A stretch of 64,000 nt of DNA from a virus (taxonomy: Duplodnaviria; Caudoviricetes). Shown piece after piece: positions 55,293 to 64,000 of the stretch. The stretch lies in IMG/VR virus record IMGVR_UViG_3300020045_009164, positions 10,753 through 74,752 of that record. One strand, 5' to 3'. Each line of letters begins with the position of its first letter. Within the stretch, counting starts at the first letter, position 1. The notes under the pieces are model-generated. The model worked only from the letters and a program-made list of their open reading frames with translations, was not told the DNA's origin and searched no databases. Both the position numbers and the translations under genes were made by a program.

Positions 55293-56150
55293 TTAATTTC
55301 TTACGTAGCTTAAACCGTTAGGCTTATTTTTGTCAATGTAATTTTTAGCCAACCCATAAGCTTTTAGTATTACCTGGTCAAATGATTTCATCCCATCAAC
55401 GAGGTTGACCTTCAGGGCTTCTTCACCGATGAAAGTTCTACCTGAAGTGATCCCGGTTTTTTCTAGGATTGGCAGTGGGATTCCCCTAGCGTCAGAGACT
55501 ATATTGTAAAACTTGCTGGCATATGTATTTACCTGCTCGGTGATATGAGTTCGCTCCTTATCAGTTAGAGCAAAGTCAGGATCACCGGAGGCTTTAAGAT
55601 CACCAGAGCGGAAACGTTCTGGTTTGATTCCAAGGTCTTTCATGTATTTACTACGCTCTGTTATCTTGATAACTACTCCTACAGACCCTACTTCAGCAAA
55701 AGAATCGGAGTAGACATGCTTGCCTTGACAACCTAAAAAATAACCTGCTGAACACATCATGGAACCTGTAAAAGATATTGTTGGAATCTTCAGGCTGGAT
55801 ATCATGCTGGCACAGTCATGCATGCCTCTAACTGAACCTCCTGGAGTGCTATAATTATAAACTATACAGCCAACACCTTTTTCTACTGCCTGCTGAGTAG
55901 CCTCCTTAATTTCAGGGTAGGAAACTGCTCCAAAATATCTGTTCCAGAAGGAATATCTTTCAGTCAAGACACCTGAGATATCAATCACAGCTACGTTACC
56001 GTTGATGGCCAAGAGGTGGGATTGTTCTTCTTCCTGTTCTGAGGAAAGCATCTCTGGAGTCAAAGACATGATTTTAGTATTAATACTAGCTTGTATATTT
56101 GCGAAAGAATCCTCATGTGAACTGGCTACAGCAAGTATATTATAGTCCAT
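55293..56150 (-). CDS. S49-family prohead protease
   Basis: STPGG, MCSAGYFL, VGSVGV motifs. Confidence 0.88.
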   Translation of the reverse strand: MDYNILAVASSHEDSFANIQASINTKIMSLTPEMLSSEQEEEQSHLLAINGNVAVIDISGVLTERYSFWNRYFGAVSYPEIKEATQQAVEKGVGCIVYNYSTPGGSVRGMHDCASMISSLKIPTISFTGSMMCSAGYFLGCQGKHVYSDSFAEVGSVGVVIKITERSKYMKDLGIKPERFRSGDLKASGDPDFALTDKERTHITEQVNTYASKFYNIVSDARGIPLPILEKTGITSGRTFIGEEALKVNLVDGMKSFDQVILKAYGLAKNYIDKNKPNGLSYVRN

Positions 56151-56151
56151 G

Positions 56152-57621
56152 TTATTTCTCTTGGTCCTTTTGGCTCTGTGTACTATCTGTCTTACCGGAG
56201 GTGGTGTCTACTGAGGTGTTTGAGTAGTCGTTTGAACTTTTGGTGTCGGCGGCTTTTTTGTAGAAGCCGGTGCCACTGAGGGGTTTGTAGTTGGACGGTG
56301 GAAGTGTGCCAGTAAGCTTTATGATTGTTTCCAAGTCACTTGACATACCAAGACTGAGAAGTTCCAGTTCAGTGGCTTGGACGATTGATCTGAAACTGGC
56401 AAGTTCCAGCTCTGGGCGGAGGTTAACGTCTGAGAATTTAAAAACTACATTAACATCGTGTCCCATGAGCCTGAGTGCCAGTGTAAGACCATGACTAAAA
56501 AACAGATTAAATTCGTGTTGTACAGACCCAATCGCCTTGACGAACAATAAAGCCTCCGATGAGGCAGCATTTGAGCTTTCACCTCTACCGATAACTGATG
56601 GGAGGATTTTTGCTCCAGCACTGAGTTTGCCGTTGATCAATCCCTGGAGAACTTCAATTGATCTATCCGAAGAGTTGTTGGAATCAGCAATGGTCTCAGC
56701 AGCCAAGACATCGAAGATAACCAATGTATCTGATGGGTCTAAATTAGCTAACTGGCTCTCTAAGGCAGCAATGGTGCTGTCCATATGTTCTTTGAGCTTA
56801 CCAGAATCAGAAGTCACCTCAAAAGGCAGTGTTTTTAAGTACTTCTCCGAGTCTATTGTTACCTTGAGACGAGCTAGAAGATTCTTCCCAGCTGCTCTCC
56901 TAAGCATATCCGCAAAATCTGCATCCCACAGAGCTGCTTGGATAGCACTCTGTATAGGCGAATCAGCATAGGCAGACTCTTGGTCCTGGGATGATACACT
57001 ATAGAATATGGTTGGGTAATTCAACGGAATGTCCCCAACTACAGGGTCTTTGTAAATGGGGTATGTATCAGGGGTGTTATCAGCGAATGAAAGTAGTCTA
57101 GATGGCAAGGCCCGAAAATAAGCTGGCAATCTAGTACTACCTAGAACAAGCTCCATGGCCATAGAACCATAACGCATACTGTCCATAAGACATGAAGCAG
57201 CAAGAGATCTTATGTCTGAGGTCTTGGTAAATCTTGTATAGTCGTGACTACCGTAATTGAGCCTCATTACAAAGGCTTGAGCCAATCTTGTGGCAGGCTC
57301 ATCTACTACACCCAACTCGTTGTAGGCTATTACGGTAAATTTTTCAGAGATTGTAGCCTTCAGCTTACATTCTAAAGCATAGCTCAAGTCTGAGGAGGCA
57401 AGGCATATCTTCTTGATAGTCTCATTCATAGTAGCTGAAGTTCTACTGAAATCAGACAGAACCAAGCTAGTTATGTTTGTGGCATTATTAGATATTTTGG
57501 AATTTTTTTCTTTCCCTAGGAATGGCAGCGTAACGCCTTTACTCGCTGGTACTTTAGGAGGTAATACATCAGGCAGTGCTGAGGTAGCTGCTTTAGGCTT
57601 AAGCCAATTAAAGAATTTCAT
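56152..57621 (-). CDS. Portal protein
   Basis: 489 aa between TerL and protease. Confidence 0.75.
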   Translation of the reverse strand: MKFFNWLKPKAATSALPDVLPPKVPASKGVTLPFLGKEKNSKISNNATNITSLVLSDFSRTSATMNETIKKICLASSDLSYALECKLKATISEKFTVIAYNELGVVDEPATRLAQAFVMRLNYGSHDYTRFTKTSDIRSLAASCLMDSMRYGSMAMELVLGSTRLPAYFRALPSRLLSFADNTPDTYPIYKDPVVGDIPLNYPTIFYSVSSQDQESAYADSPIQSAIQAALWDADFADMLRRAAGKNLLARLKVTIDSEKYLKTLPFEVTSDSGKLKEHMDSTIAALESQLANLDPSDTLVIFDVLAAETIADSNNSSDRSIEVLQGLINGKLSAGAKILPSVIGRGESSNAASSEALLFVKAIGSVQHEFNLFFSHGLTLALRLMGHDVNVVFKFSDVNLRPELELASFRSIVQATELELLSLGMSSDLETIIKLTGTLPPSNYKPLSGTGFYKKAADTKSSNDYSNTSVDTTSGKTDSTQSQKDQEK

Positions 57622-57627
57622 CCTACT

Positions 57628-57656
57628 ATACTAGATAATAGGATGAAACAAGTCAA
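57628..57656 (-). promoter_or_regulatory. sigma70 promoter, predicted leaderless start at portal ATG
   Basis: TTGACT-17bp-TAGTAT, 6 nt before ATG 57621; no SD. Confidence 0.6.
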
Positions 57657-58532
57657 CTAAATACTTAAGTCTACTTCTTGGATCTTATGAGGGAGGTTGT
57701 GTTCTTTGATGAAAGCATTTCTGGCTTCTACAGCAGAGTGTTTGTCTGGAAAGTGGCCTAGTAGAATCTGCTTCTTACTCATGACCTCATACCCTATGTA
57801 AGAAATCCAGTTCTTTTGCTGTCTATGAAAGCAAACACCTATATATCCAGAAGCATTGTTACTCTGCTTCCTCCTGTTGATAATGTTCAGTGACTTACCA
57901 ACAAATCTGCAATTTTCCGGACAGTAGTTACCATCATTGTCTTCTCTATCTATCTCTAACCCTGGTTTATATTTGTCCTTAGCCCACTCGTAAAAAACCT
58001 CAAAGGAGTCTTTCCACTCATCACATACGCTAATACCTCTTCCACCGTAATGGGGCCAGTTAGGGGAGTTCTCATTCTTACACCTAGCTATTATTTGCTG
58101 GTGTAGATTCCATAACTTAGTGTGAGACTTGCCATGTATGTGGTGAAAAGTGTGGCGCATCTCCGCTGAGTAGCACCCACAAGATTTTGTAATACCTTCA
58201 ACTAGATTAGTGCCTAGTACTATTATCTCTTCTCCACACTCACACTTACATCTCCACTTGGCATGACCTACCTTATCTGTCCCTTCTCTCCGTACAGCTA
58301 CTAACCTCCCAAATTGTTGACCAGTAATATCTCTCAACCTCTCCCTACTTTTTTCTGATTTATAACATCCGCATGATTTTGTGTTTCCACTGTACAGGTT
58401 AGCTCCAGCTACTACCTTTTCTTTACCACAATCACAAAGACACTCCCAGTACTTAACACCCCATTTGTTTCTATGGTGGAATTTAGTAACTGTTAATCTA
58501 TTAAACTTCCTACCAACCAGACTCTTTTCCAT
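57657..58532 (-). CDS. HNH-type homing endonuclease with AP2-like C-terminus (paralog of 17182..18057)
   Basis: CxCG repeats; IDREDNDGNYCPENCRFV; ends RNAFIKEHNLPHKIQE. Confidence 0.82.
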   Translation of the reverse strand: MEKSLVGRKFNRLTVTKFHHRNKWGVKYWECLCDCGKEKVVAGANLYSGNTKSCGCYKSEKSRERLRDITGQQFGRLVAVRREGTDKVGHAKWRCKCECGEEIIVLGTNLVEGITKSCGCYSAEMRHTFHHIHGKSHTKLWNLHQQIIARCKNENSPNWPHYGGRGISVCDEWKDSFEVFYEWAKDKYKPGLEIDREDNDGNYCPENCRFVGKSLNIINRRKQSNNASGYIGVCFHRQQKNWISYIGYEVMSKKQILLGHFPDKHSAVEARNAFIKEHNLPHKIQEVDLSI

Positions 58533-58587
58533 AAATCACCGGATAGTTAAATTTATCTTATAGTAAGTATTAAACACCTCATATAAA

Positions 58588-58616
58588 ATAATACTTTAAC
58601 TATGGCTTCAAGTCAA
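58588..58616 (-). promoter_or_regulatory. sigma70 promoter for HNH gene
   Basis: TTGACT-17bp-TATTAT. Confidence 0.7.
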
Positions 58617-60331
58617 TATCTTTTTCTTAATTTCTCACGAGCTTGGTCAACATTCATCTTACCAATGCACAGCGGAATAGCCCCAAAAGCACTATTAGCT
58701 CCTGAGATGGCCAACTTAGCGGCTGTCATAAGATATATATATGAGTGTGCAAAGTGGTCCTCTCTGCTGGTCTTTACCCAGGCGTAGTTAAGGTCGTCTC
58801 CTCTGGTGTAGTCTCTGACTTTCCTAAGAGACAGAAAGTGCATAAGGATAGTCCCGTCTAATTCAGATGTCTGGAAGCTGACTTGATTTTGTAACATATC
58901 GAAGAAAGTATCAAATCCAAGTGTCTTATTCAACGCAACTTGCCTAATTAACTCGCCAAATCTGTCGTTGATTTTTAATTTGTATAACTCTGGTATTGGC
59001 GTGGCTGGGTTTATATAGATGCAGCTATAGAGTCTTGGGTATTTTCTTACTAGCCTGTAAGACATGTCAGCAAAAGGTTGCTGATCCATTACCCCACAAG
59101 AGAACTGGAAGTCTTTATGTTTTTGAGCTAAGAACTCTTCCAACTCATTTAATAAAACGAGTTTTGACTCAGTTATCCTGACTGTAGTATCATGTTGTAG
59201 TACACCTTGCATCCAGCTACACTGCTTCCCCATATCCAGGCCAAAGACATGTATTCCTTCTGGTTTTGGTCTGCTGTCAAAGGTAAATACAGATCTGTCC
59301 AATGCTGAATCACTTAAAAGAGCTGTCTTTCCAAGGGCTTGCTGTAGGAACTCAGTGTATGAAGTGAATGTTACTGAAGCTCTTATTAGGTCTGGTAGTG
59401 ATATAAAGGAGAAAGCCACCCAAGGATTTAGCCGTACACCTATACTTGTTTTTGGGAAATTACCATTTTCAGTTATATTCCAGATAATTTCTCTGTGTCC
59501 ATTTCTTTTATCTGCTCTGCCTTTACATTCTGGACATCTGAGGTAAGCATCATCAACTCTTAAACCTGATATGTTTGATTTGGTGATGAGCAGTAGTGAT
59601 TCTTTGTAGTCAGGTATAACTATATCTTCGTAGTAGTCGGGTAAGAAAGTGTTCCCACACTTGTCACACTTAACCAACGGCTCGTGGATCACGCCGCACT
59701 CACTTACCTCACGATCAATACCGAAGTTAGCTACCGTAGGCGTTGAGATCATAATGGTGCACCTATCCTTTGGTGCTATGTGAGTCTGTCTTGATCTGTA
59801 TCCAGTGTATACTTTTCGCGATTGCCTATCAACTTCATCGATCACGATACTCATCACACTTCTGTTTAATAACGAGGACTTAGAGTTGTCAGAGCCAGAT
59901 AGACCATAGGCAATACTGCCATTGACAAACATTTTTACAGACGCAGAATCGTTATTTCTATCTATCAAACCTCGTAAAACAGGAGATTCTTGGATAACTG
60001 AAGCAAGACGTACCTTGAAAATTTCCTGCGAAAACTGCAAAGAGGGCATCGATAATACTACAGAACTTCCTGGCATAACGGCCATCTTCGTTACTATTAT
60101 CCTGTAAACCCACTCACTCATACCTATCTGGGATGGTTTGGTAATAGCAAAAGTACATCCTGGGTTGTTTTGAACTAAGTCCGTGCAGTAGCGTTGAAAA
60201 TCGTGACCTTCAAATGAAAATGGTTTACCGTTTATGAAGGTCTCCTCAGTCATAAACTTGGCGTAATTGAGGCTGTCGGCTGAGATCTGCGCCTTCAAAG
60301 AGATCAGAAAGCTTTCATATAATTGTCGCAT
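58613..60331 (-). CDS. terL: Terminase large subunit (GpA-like)
   Basis: KPSQIGMSE Walker A, VIDEVD Walker B, CxxC pairs, FGLDMG nuclease. Confidence 0.88.
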   Translation of the reverse strand: MRQLYESFLISLKAQISADSLNYAKFMTEETFINGKPFSFEGHDFQRYCTDLVQNNPGCTFAITKPSQIGMSEWVYRIIVTKMAVMPGSSVVLSMPSLQFSQEIFKVRLASVIQESPVLRGLIDRNNDSASVKMFVNGSIAYGLSGSDNSKSSLLNRSVMSIVIDEVDRQSRKVYTGYRSRQTHIAPKDRCTIMISTPTVANFGIDREVSECGVIHEPLVKCDKCGNTFLPDYYEDIVIPDYKESLLLITKSNISGLRVDDAYLRCPECKGRADKRNGHREIIWNITENGNFPKTSIGVRLNPWVAFSFISLPDLIRASVTFTSYTEFLQQALGKTALLSDSALDRSVFTFDSRPKPEGIHVFGLDMGKQCSWMQGVLQHDTTVRITESKLVLLNELEEFLAQKHKDFQFSCGVMDQQPFADMSYRLVRKYPRLYSCIYINPATPIPELYKLKINDRFGELIRQVALNKTLGFDTFFDMLQNQVSFQTSELDGTILMHFLSLRKVRDYTRGDDLNYAWVKTSREDHFAHSYIYLMTAAKLAISGANSAFGAIPLCIGKMNVDQAREKLRKRY

Positions 60332-60620
60332 ATCGTCTCTCTAAGGCTTTCACCACTTTATCGGCCACTTCCTGATCACACTCCTTCAAAACATTCACAA
60401 TCACCTGCTGCAACACCGCAAACTTCTCAGAATTGTACAATTCTTGCTGAATCTTAGACAATTCTTTGATGATTGACGTTGTAGCATTGAGAATTCCGAT
60501 GAGATCCTTGTTTTCCGAGCCAGAATCCTCTAGAATAGAGTCTCTTTTCTCAATGATCTTGTCGTAATGCTCTTTCAACTCCCTTGAGACTGAGATCCTG
60601 GTGTCTATTAGTTCTTCCAT
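60315..60620 (-). CDS. Putative terminase small subunit
   Basis: Helical 101 aa overlapping terL start. Confidence 0.55.
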   Translation of the reverse strand: MEELIDTRISVSRELKEHYDKIIEKRDSILEDSGSENKDLIGILNATTSIIKELSKIQQELYNSEKFAVLQQVIVNVLKECDQEVADKVVKALERRYATII

Positions 60621-60799
60621 ACAGCCTCAATCTCTCTAGCCAGGTCTGGATAATGTTCTTCCAAAGCTTTCTTAGCCAGCCCCATAGGTTTAGCACGCTT
60701 GCCCAGCCAGTTTGAGACTGTTGGCTGGCTGACACCAAGCTTTTCAGCAATGTCCTGCTGCTTGTACTTGGTTTTTATTAATGTTGCTGTTTTTTTCAT
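60608..60799 (-). CDS. XRE/Cro-type HTH regulator
   Basis: QQDIAEKLGVSQPTVSNWL. Confidence 0.85.
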   Translation of the reverse strand: MKKTATLIKTKYKQQDIAEKLGVSQPTVSNWLGKRAKPMGLAKKALEEHYPDLAREIEAVWKN

Positions 60800-60975
60800 T
60801 TACCTCTCCTGAATTTTCCGTCTAAACCAATGTTGTTTGGTCTTGGGTTTCTTTTCTTTTTCTTCTTTGGTGGATAATATTCTGGTGCTATGTACACTAT
60901 GCTTGAATACCTGTCAGGCGGCTTATAGGTATCTTCGTAATAGTCTGTAGCATCGTAATAGGTAGTTGTCATCAT
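60796..60975 (-). CDS. 59-aa Tyr/Pro-rich, basic-tailed protein (not in ORF track)
   Basis: ATGA coupling with HTH gene; MMTTTYYDATDYY...PKKKKKR. Confidence 0.5.
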   Translation of the reverse strand: MMTTTYYDATDYYEDTYKPPDRYSSIVYIAPEYYPPKKKKKRNPRPNNIGLDGKFRRGK

Positions 60976-61034
60976 ATGGTTACTTTACTGTCCATAATGG
61001 GTGTTTATGTACATTATATTGGTCATTGTGATTT

Positions 61035-61121
61035 TGGAGGAAGGAGGGAGAGTCGAACTCCCACAGGTTTAACCCCGGCACAGTTTTCAAGACTGCTCGC
61101 CTACCATTAGCGCATCCTTCC
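61035..61121 (-). tRNA. trnS: tRNA-Ser(UGA) with encoded CCA
   Basis: Acceptor GGAAGGA/TCCTTCC, anticodon arm GCAGT-CT TGA AA-ACTGT, long variable arm, T-loop GTTCGACTC. Confidence 0.92.
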
Positions 61122-61122
61122 A

Positions 61123-61251
61123 TCATTTAGTATAACGCCAGCGAGGCCAATTATAAGTCTTCACAGGCTTCAGCCTCCTACCCCTTGGGCAGATCTTATC
61201 GCAGTCTTCTTTGGCCAAGTTGCAGAGACAGATGACTCTAGATGGTTTCAT
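61123..61251 (-). CDS. 42-aa Cys-containing peptide (not in ORF track)
   Basis: TAAATG coupling; MKPSRVICLCNLAKEDCDKICPRG... Confidence 0.5.
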   Translation of the reverse strand: MKPSRVICLCNLAKEDCDKICPRGRRLKPVKTYNWPRWRYTK

Positions 61252-61449
61252 TTATTTCTCCCAGGCTCCACAAACACATTCACTCTCACTCCAGGCTGAA
61301 CAGAAGCATAGCCCATTCAGCCTGTCATTTGCCTCAGCCGCTGCCTCTTCAATGAGCGTGAAGTCTTTAGTCACAAGACCTTCAGCGAATTTCTCAATGA
61401 TCTGACGGTCTATGAAGTATGCTGAATTGACTTTGACGTATTTACTCAT
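61252..61449 (-). CDS. Hypothetical protein
   Basis: CFCSAWSESECVCGAW motif. Confidence 0.65.
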   Translation of the reverse strand: MSKYVKVNSAYFIDRQIIEKFAEGLVTKDFTLIEEAAAEANDRLNGLCFCSAWSESECVCGAWEK

Positions 61450-61472
61450 TTGCTAATTTTCCTTACTAAATA

Positions 61473-61673
61473 TTAGTCTATGTGTTCATTCTGGCCTTTC
61501 CACTCCAGATAGTCATCTATAGCTTTATCACTTCGTCTGGCCTCCAGTAACTGACCTTCCATAAAGGCAGTCAATATACAGGCTGTCTTGTCTATAGCCA
61601 CTGGAAGATTAATACTTCTGTCCAGAATATCAAAGGCAAAACTTTCAAGTACTTCCGTGATGTATTTATTCAT
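61473..61673 (-). CDS. Hypothetical protein
   Basis: Operon packing. Confidence 0.55.
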   Translation of the reverse strand: MNKYITEVLESFAFDILDRSINLPVAIDKTACILTAFMEGQLLEARRSDKAIDDYLEWKGQNEHID

Positions 61674-62201
61674 CCAGTTTGCTCCTTAAGATTTGCTCTA
61701 TGAGACACATGAAGGCTAAGTTGAGTAATATGATTGCTTCAGTCTTGTGTACTGTGGTTAAGCCATAGCCGCCCAAAAGAATTCCTATAAATGCAGCTGC
61801 AAGTAGCATATGAGCTTCCTCCAGAGGTATTCTATTGGGTGTGGTAGTAGGACTGCTACGATGATAATGAGGCCGAGGATCTCTATAAGGCTCACCAGAA
61901 CCCTCCATTCAAAATAGTCACAGTTGCTCTAATCTCTTCCGCACACTCCATACAAACCAGAGGCTCAGTAAAAGAGACGTTGAAGTCCCTGGCTATGCCC
62001 ATGCTCATTGGCTGGTGGCAGATTATGCAGTACATGAGCACCGGCTCCTCATCCTCTTCCATTCACTTCCTCCAAAAATTCTTTGGCGTCCTCTTCTATG
62101 AGTTTTATGAATTGCCTTGCCTTACAGGATTTACAGAGGCATTCATTTTTACAGGTACACTCTTGTGTTGCTAACTCTTTAATCTCTTCCATTTAATTCC
62201 T

Positions 62202-62834
62202 CTATGATAAACTTCTTATTATGTGGTTTATACTTGTCTTAGATCTGTTAAATTTTTTACAGAGAAAATCTTTTCTACTACCTTTTAAGTAAAGATTGTA
62301 CACTTCCTCCCATTCTTCTTTTGTTAAGTTCTTCCTATTTCTTTTATATTCTAAACCAGTTACTTCTCTCCATATTAAACCTGAGCAAATTCTACTTGCT
62401 GTTTGTATGTTTACAGGAAATCTTTTCACTATGTCTTTGAACTGCATTCCTCCTTCACGCAACTTTACAATTTCTACAGCGTCTTTTTCTGTTATTTTAG
62501 ATGTGTGGCAATCCTCTCCAGATATTAGTGTTCCGTGGTCTATTTTGAATGCTTCGTTACATAACTGGCTCATTGCTCTAAGGTTTGAGAAGTGGTTGTT
62601 TATTCTATTTCCATCAAGGTGTCCTACTTGTTGACCTTCTTTGATTGGCCCATGAAATGCTGAAAACACAAGCCTATTTATTTGAAATCTTTTATGTTTT
62701 CCTCCCACCCTGAGAACTATTGATTTATATCCTTTTATTATTTGTGGCTTTAAAAATTTTTTGGATATTATACTATATACCTCTCCTGACTCAGTTATTT
62801 CATATCTACCGCCTAACTCAGGTATTGTTTTCAT
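62202..62834 (-). CDS. NUMOD4-like/HNH homing endonuclease
   Basis: YEITESGEVYS...LKP; RLVFSAF...HLDGNRINNHFSNL; C-terminal HTH repeats. Confidence 0.82.
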   Translation of the reverse strand: MKTIPELGGRYEITESGEVYSIISKKFLKPQIIKGYKSIVLRVGGKHKRFQINRLVFSAFHGPIKEGQQVGHLDGNRINNHFSNLRAMSQLCNEAFKIDHGTLISGEDCHTSKITEKDAVEIVKLREGGMQFKDIVKRFPVNIQTASRICSGLIWREVTGLEYKRNRKNLTKEEWEEVYNLYLKGSRKDFLCKKFNRSKTSINHIIRSLS

Positions 62835-63042
62835 TTTTCTCCTGCGCCTCTATTAGTATTTCTGTAATAGCATCACAAATGCTGTCAACAACTCTTCTTG
62901 TTTTTTCATTTTCACTTCGATTTTCATGGGAAATGGTTGCCGTAACAAACCTCTTTCCCATTGTGATGTAGAAGTTCTCTCCGTCAATTACAATTCTTTT
63001 CCTTACAGCATCTTCATGATTCATAGCATCTTCGTGGCTCAT
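62818..63042 (-). CDS. Hypothetical protein (TSCPD-like?)
   Basis: KRIVIDGENFYIT pattern; weak. Confidence 0.5.
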   Translation of the reverse strand: MSHEDAMNHEDAVRKRIVIDGENFYITMGKRFVTATISHENRSENEKTRRVVDSICDAITEILIEAQEKNENNT

Positions 63043-63245
63043 TGATTCTCCAGTATAACTGCCAGTACCTGGTCAGCATAAGGTTCATCCTGGTTACAAA
63101 CATAGTATTTAGCGTCAGGGTCCTTGCCAGTTGTCAATCTGTGGTAGGCGTACCTGCTGAGTACGTATTCAAGGTTCCTGGCGATCATTGGGTCTTTGGC
63201 GCACATGGCTTTGAGATCTGAGTTCTTGAGTACTGTGTGGGTCAT
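63039..63245 (-). CDS. Conserved phage hypothetical protein
   Basis: YYVCNQDEPYA..V..VI motif. Confidence 0.7.
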   Translation of the reverse strand: MTHTVLKNSDLKAMCAKDPMIARNLEYVLSRYAYHRLTTGKDPDAKYYVCNQDEPYADQVLAVILENQ

Positions 63246-63433
63246 TTGCTTGCCTCACTCACAAAGTGCATGATCAGACAGAATCCGACAATAAAAATTC
63301 CTAGGCACAGCGATATCAATGTTGGAGACAACACCCACCACCAGCTCCAGGTTATATATCCTGTGAGTTTTAATCCTATGAACAGAAGTGTGAGTAATCC
63401 TCCAAATCCTATTGAGCTACTTTCTACTTTCAT
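63242..63433 (-). CDS. Small membrane protein (phage 'transmembrane Fragile-X-F'-like)
   Basis: LLTLLFIGLKLTG.I.WSWWWVLSP. Confidence 0.75.
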   Translation of the reverse strand: MKVESSSIGFGGLLTLLFIGLKLTGYITWSWWWVLSPTLISLCLGIFIVGFCLIMHFVSEASK

Positions 63434-63571
63434 CTTGTCTCCTCCAGAGTTTTGCTTCTGACCTAAGTGCTTCTTCTGCACAACCTCTATGAAATAGTCT
63501 TTTAAAATTCTTGTCGAAGTTGCTGACTAGAGTTATGGGGTGTTTAACCGGCTTATTGCATCTGTAACAGA

Positions 63572-63781
63572 TCATCTATCCACCAGGCATATGATGAGTG
63601 TCACCAGGAATATTGTTGTTATAGCAAACGCCCACAGAGTTATAGCGGCTACCGGCAAGATCCAGAGTGGTGATAATACCCACAACCAGCTGAGGCTTAA
63701 GACGTTAGCTATCTTCAGTCCTGCTAAGATGGCTGTCAGTAACGATATTAGTAATGTGCAATCTATTGTTGTATCAATCAT
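63572..63781 (-). CDS. Small membrane protein, paralog of 63242..63433
   Basis: LLTAILAGLKIANV..LSWLWVLSPLWI. Confidence 0.72.
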   Translation of the reverse strand: MIDTTIDCTLLISLLTAILAGLKIANVLSLSWLWVLSPLWILPVAAITLWAFAITTIFLVTLIICLVDR

Positions 63782-63860
63782 GGTTTAATACTGTACTAGG
63801 AGTTTTGTGTTGTTTCAAGTATAAACTTTAATACTTTTCTAGAAAAATGTTCTCCGTTTC

Positions 63861-63942
63861 GATAGGGGATCTAGTAGGCCCGCTTTACGTTAACGTCAAC
63901 CCATCGGTATACGCCTATCTTTACGTTAACGTCAGCCCTATC
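63861..63942. repeat. Two 16-bp palindromic direct repeats (36-bp period) inside an inverted-repeat frame
   Basis: CTTTACGTTAACGTCA at 63883-63898 and 63919-63934; GATAGGG (63861)/CCCTATC (63936-63942). Confidence 0.75.
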
Positions 63943-64000
63943 AACCAACTATAGTAACATACCTATCACATACTATCACCATACCTTACCCCTTAAAACG

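Noticed and set aside
61123-61215. Multi-hairpin, ribozyme-looking structure upstream of the tRNA (GGCCAA...TTGGCC)
   Set aside because: Better explained by a translationally coupled 42-aa ORF (61251-61123); no hammerhead, twister or pistol core motifs
63459-63468. 10-nt match (TGACCTAAGT) to the putative TnpB guide region at 27553-27562
   Set aside because: A 10-mer match is expected by chance in 128 kb of both strands, and the flanks do not match
63883-63934. CRISPR or TIGR array
   Set aside because: Only two 16-bp units; no cas or Nop-domain gene in the window. Kept only as an unexplained repeat
1-64000. Prophage/temperate lifestyle module
   Set aside because: No integrase, att-like context, ParA/B or host flanking genes in the window; the HTH genes are small stand-alone regulators

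Overview
The window is most of a ~64 kb lytic siphovirus-type phage genome with two convergent arms. The + strand arm (86-29873) carries small early/host-takeover ORFs, an RNA ligase, an ArdA-like protein, a TAXI solute-binding protein, ThyA, a SNF2 helicase, an SSB-like protein, ExoX, a full-length PolA, a RecU-like resolvase, SbcD/SbcC, an ATP-dependent DNA ligase and a DUF5664 dNTP diphosphohydrolase. The - strand arm (63781-29830) carries small membrane ORFs, tRNA-Ser(UGA), TerS/TerL, portal, S49 protease, scaffold, decoration, capsid, neck and tail genes, a -1 frameshifted tail chaperone, a 2372-aa tape measure protein, tail-tip genes, a lysis cassette and an intein-containing metallophosphoesterase. 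No integrase, primase/DnaB, CRISPR array or reverse transcriptase is visible. The genome holds several selfish nuclease cassettes (TnpB with a 3' omegaRNA-like tail, four HNH-type genes, one Vsr/DUF559-like gene), most with their own sigma70 promoter and a tiny DNA-binding regulator below the ORF-track cutoff. The most notable non-annotated signal is a predicted ~70-nt antisense small RNA (7185-7116) with its own promoter and terminator. Its 5' half carries two anti-Shine-Dalgarno seeds, one matching this phage's recurrent GGAGAC ribosome-binding sites. A second promoter/terminator-bounded ~85-nt RNA lies just upstream of the RHH-TnpB cassette. A PLA2-like gene sits inside the lysis cassette. 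Family names come from motif recognition, not database searches.
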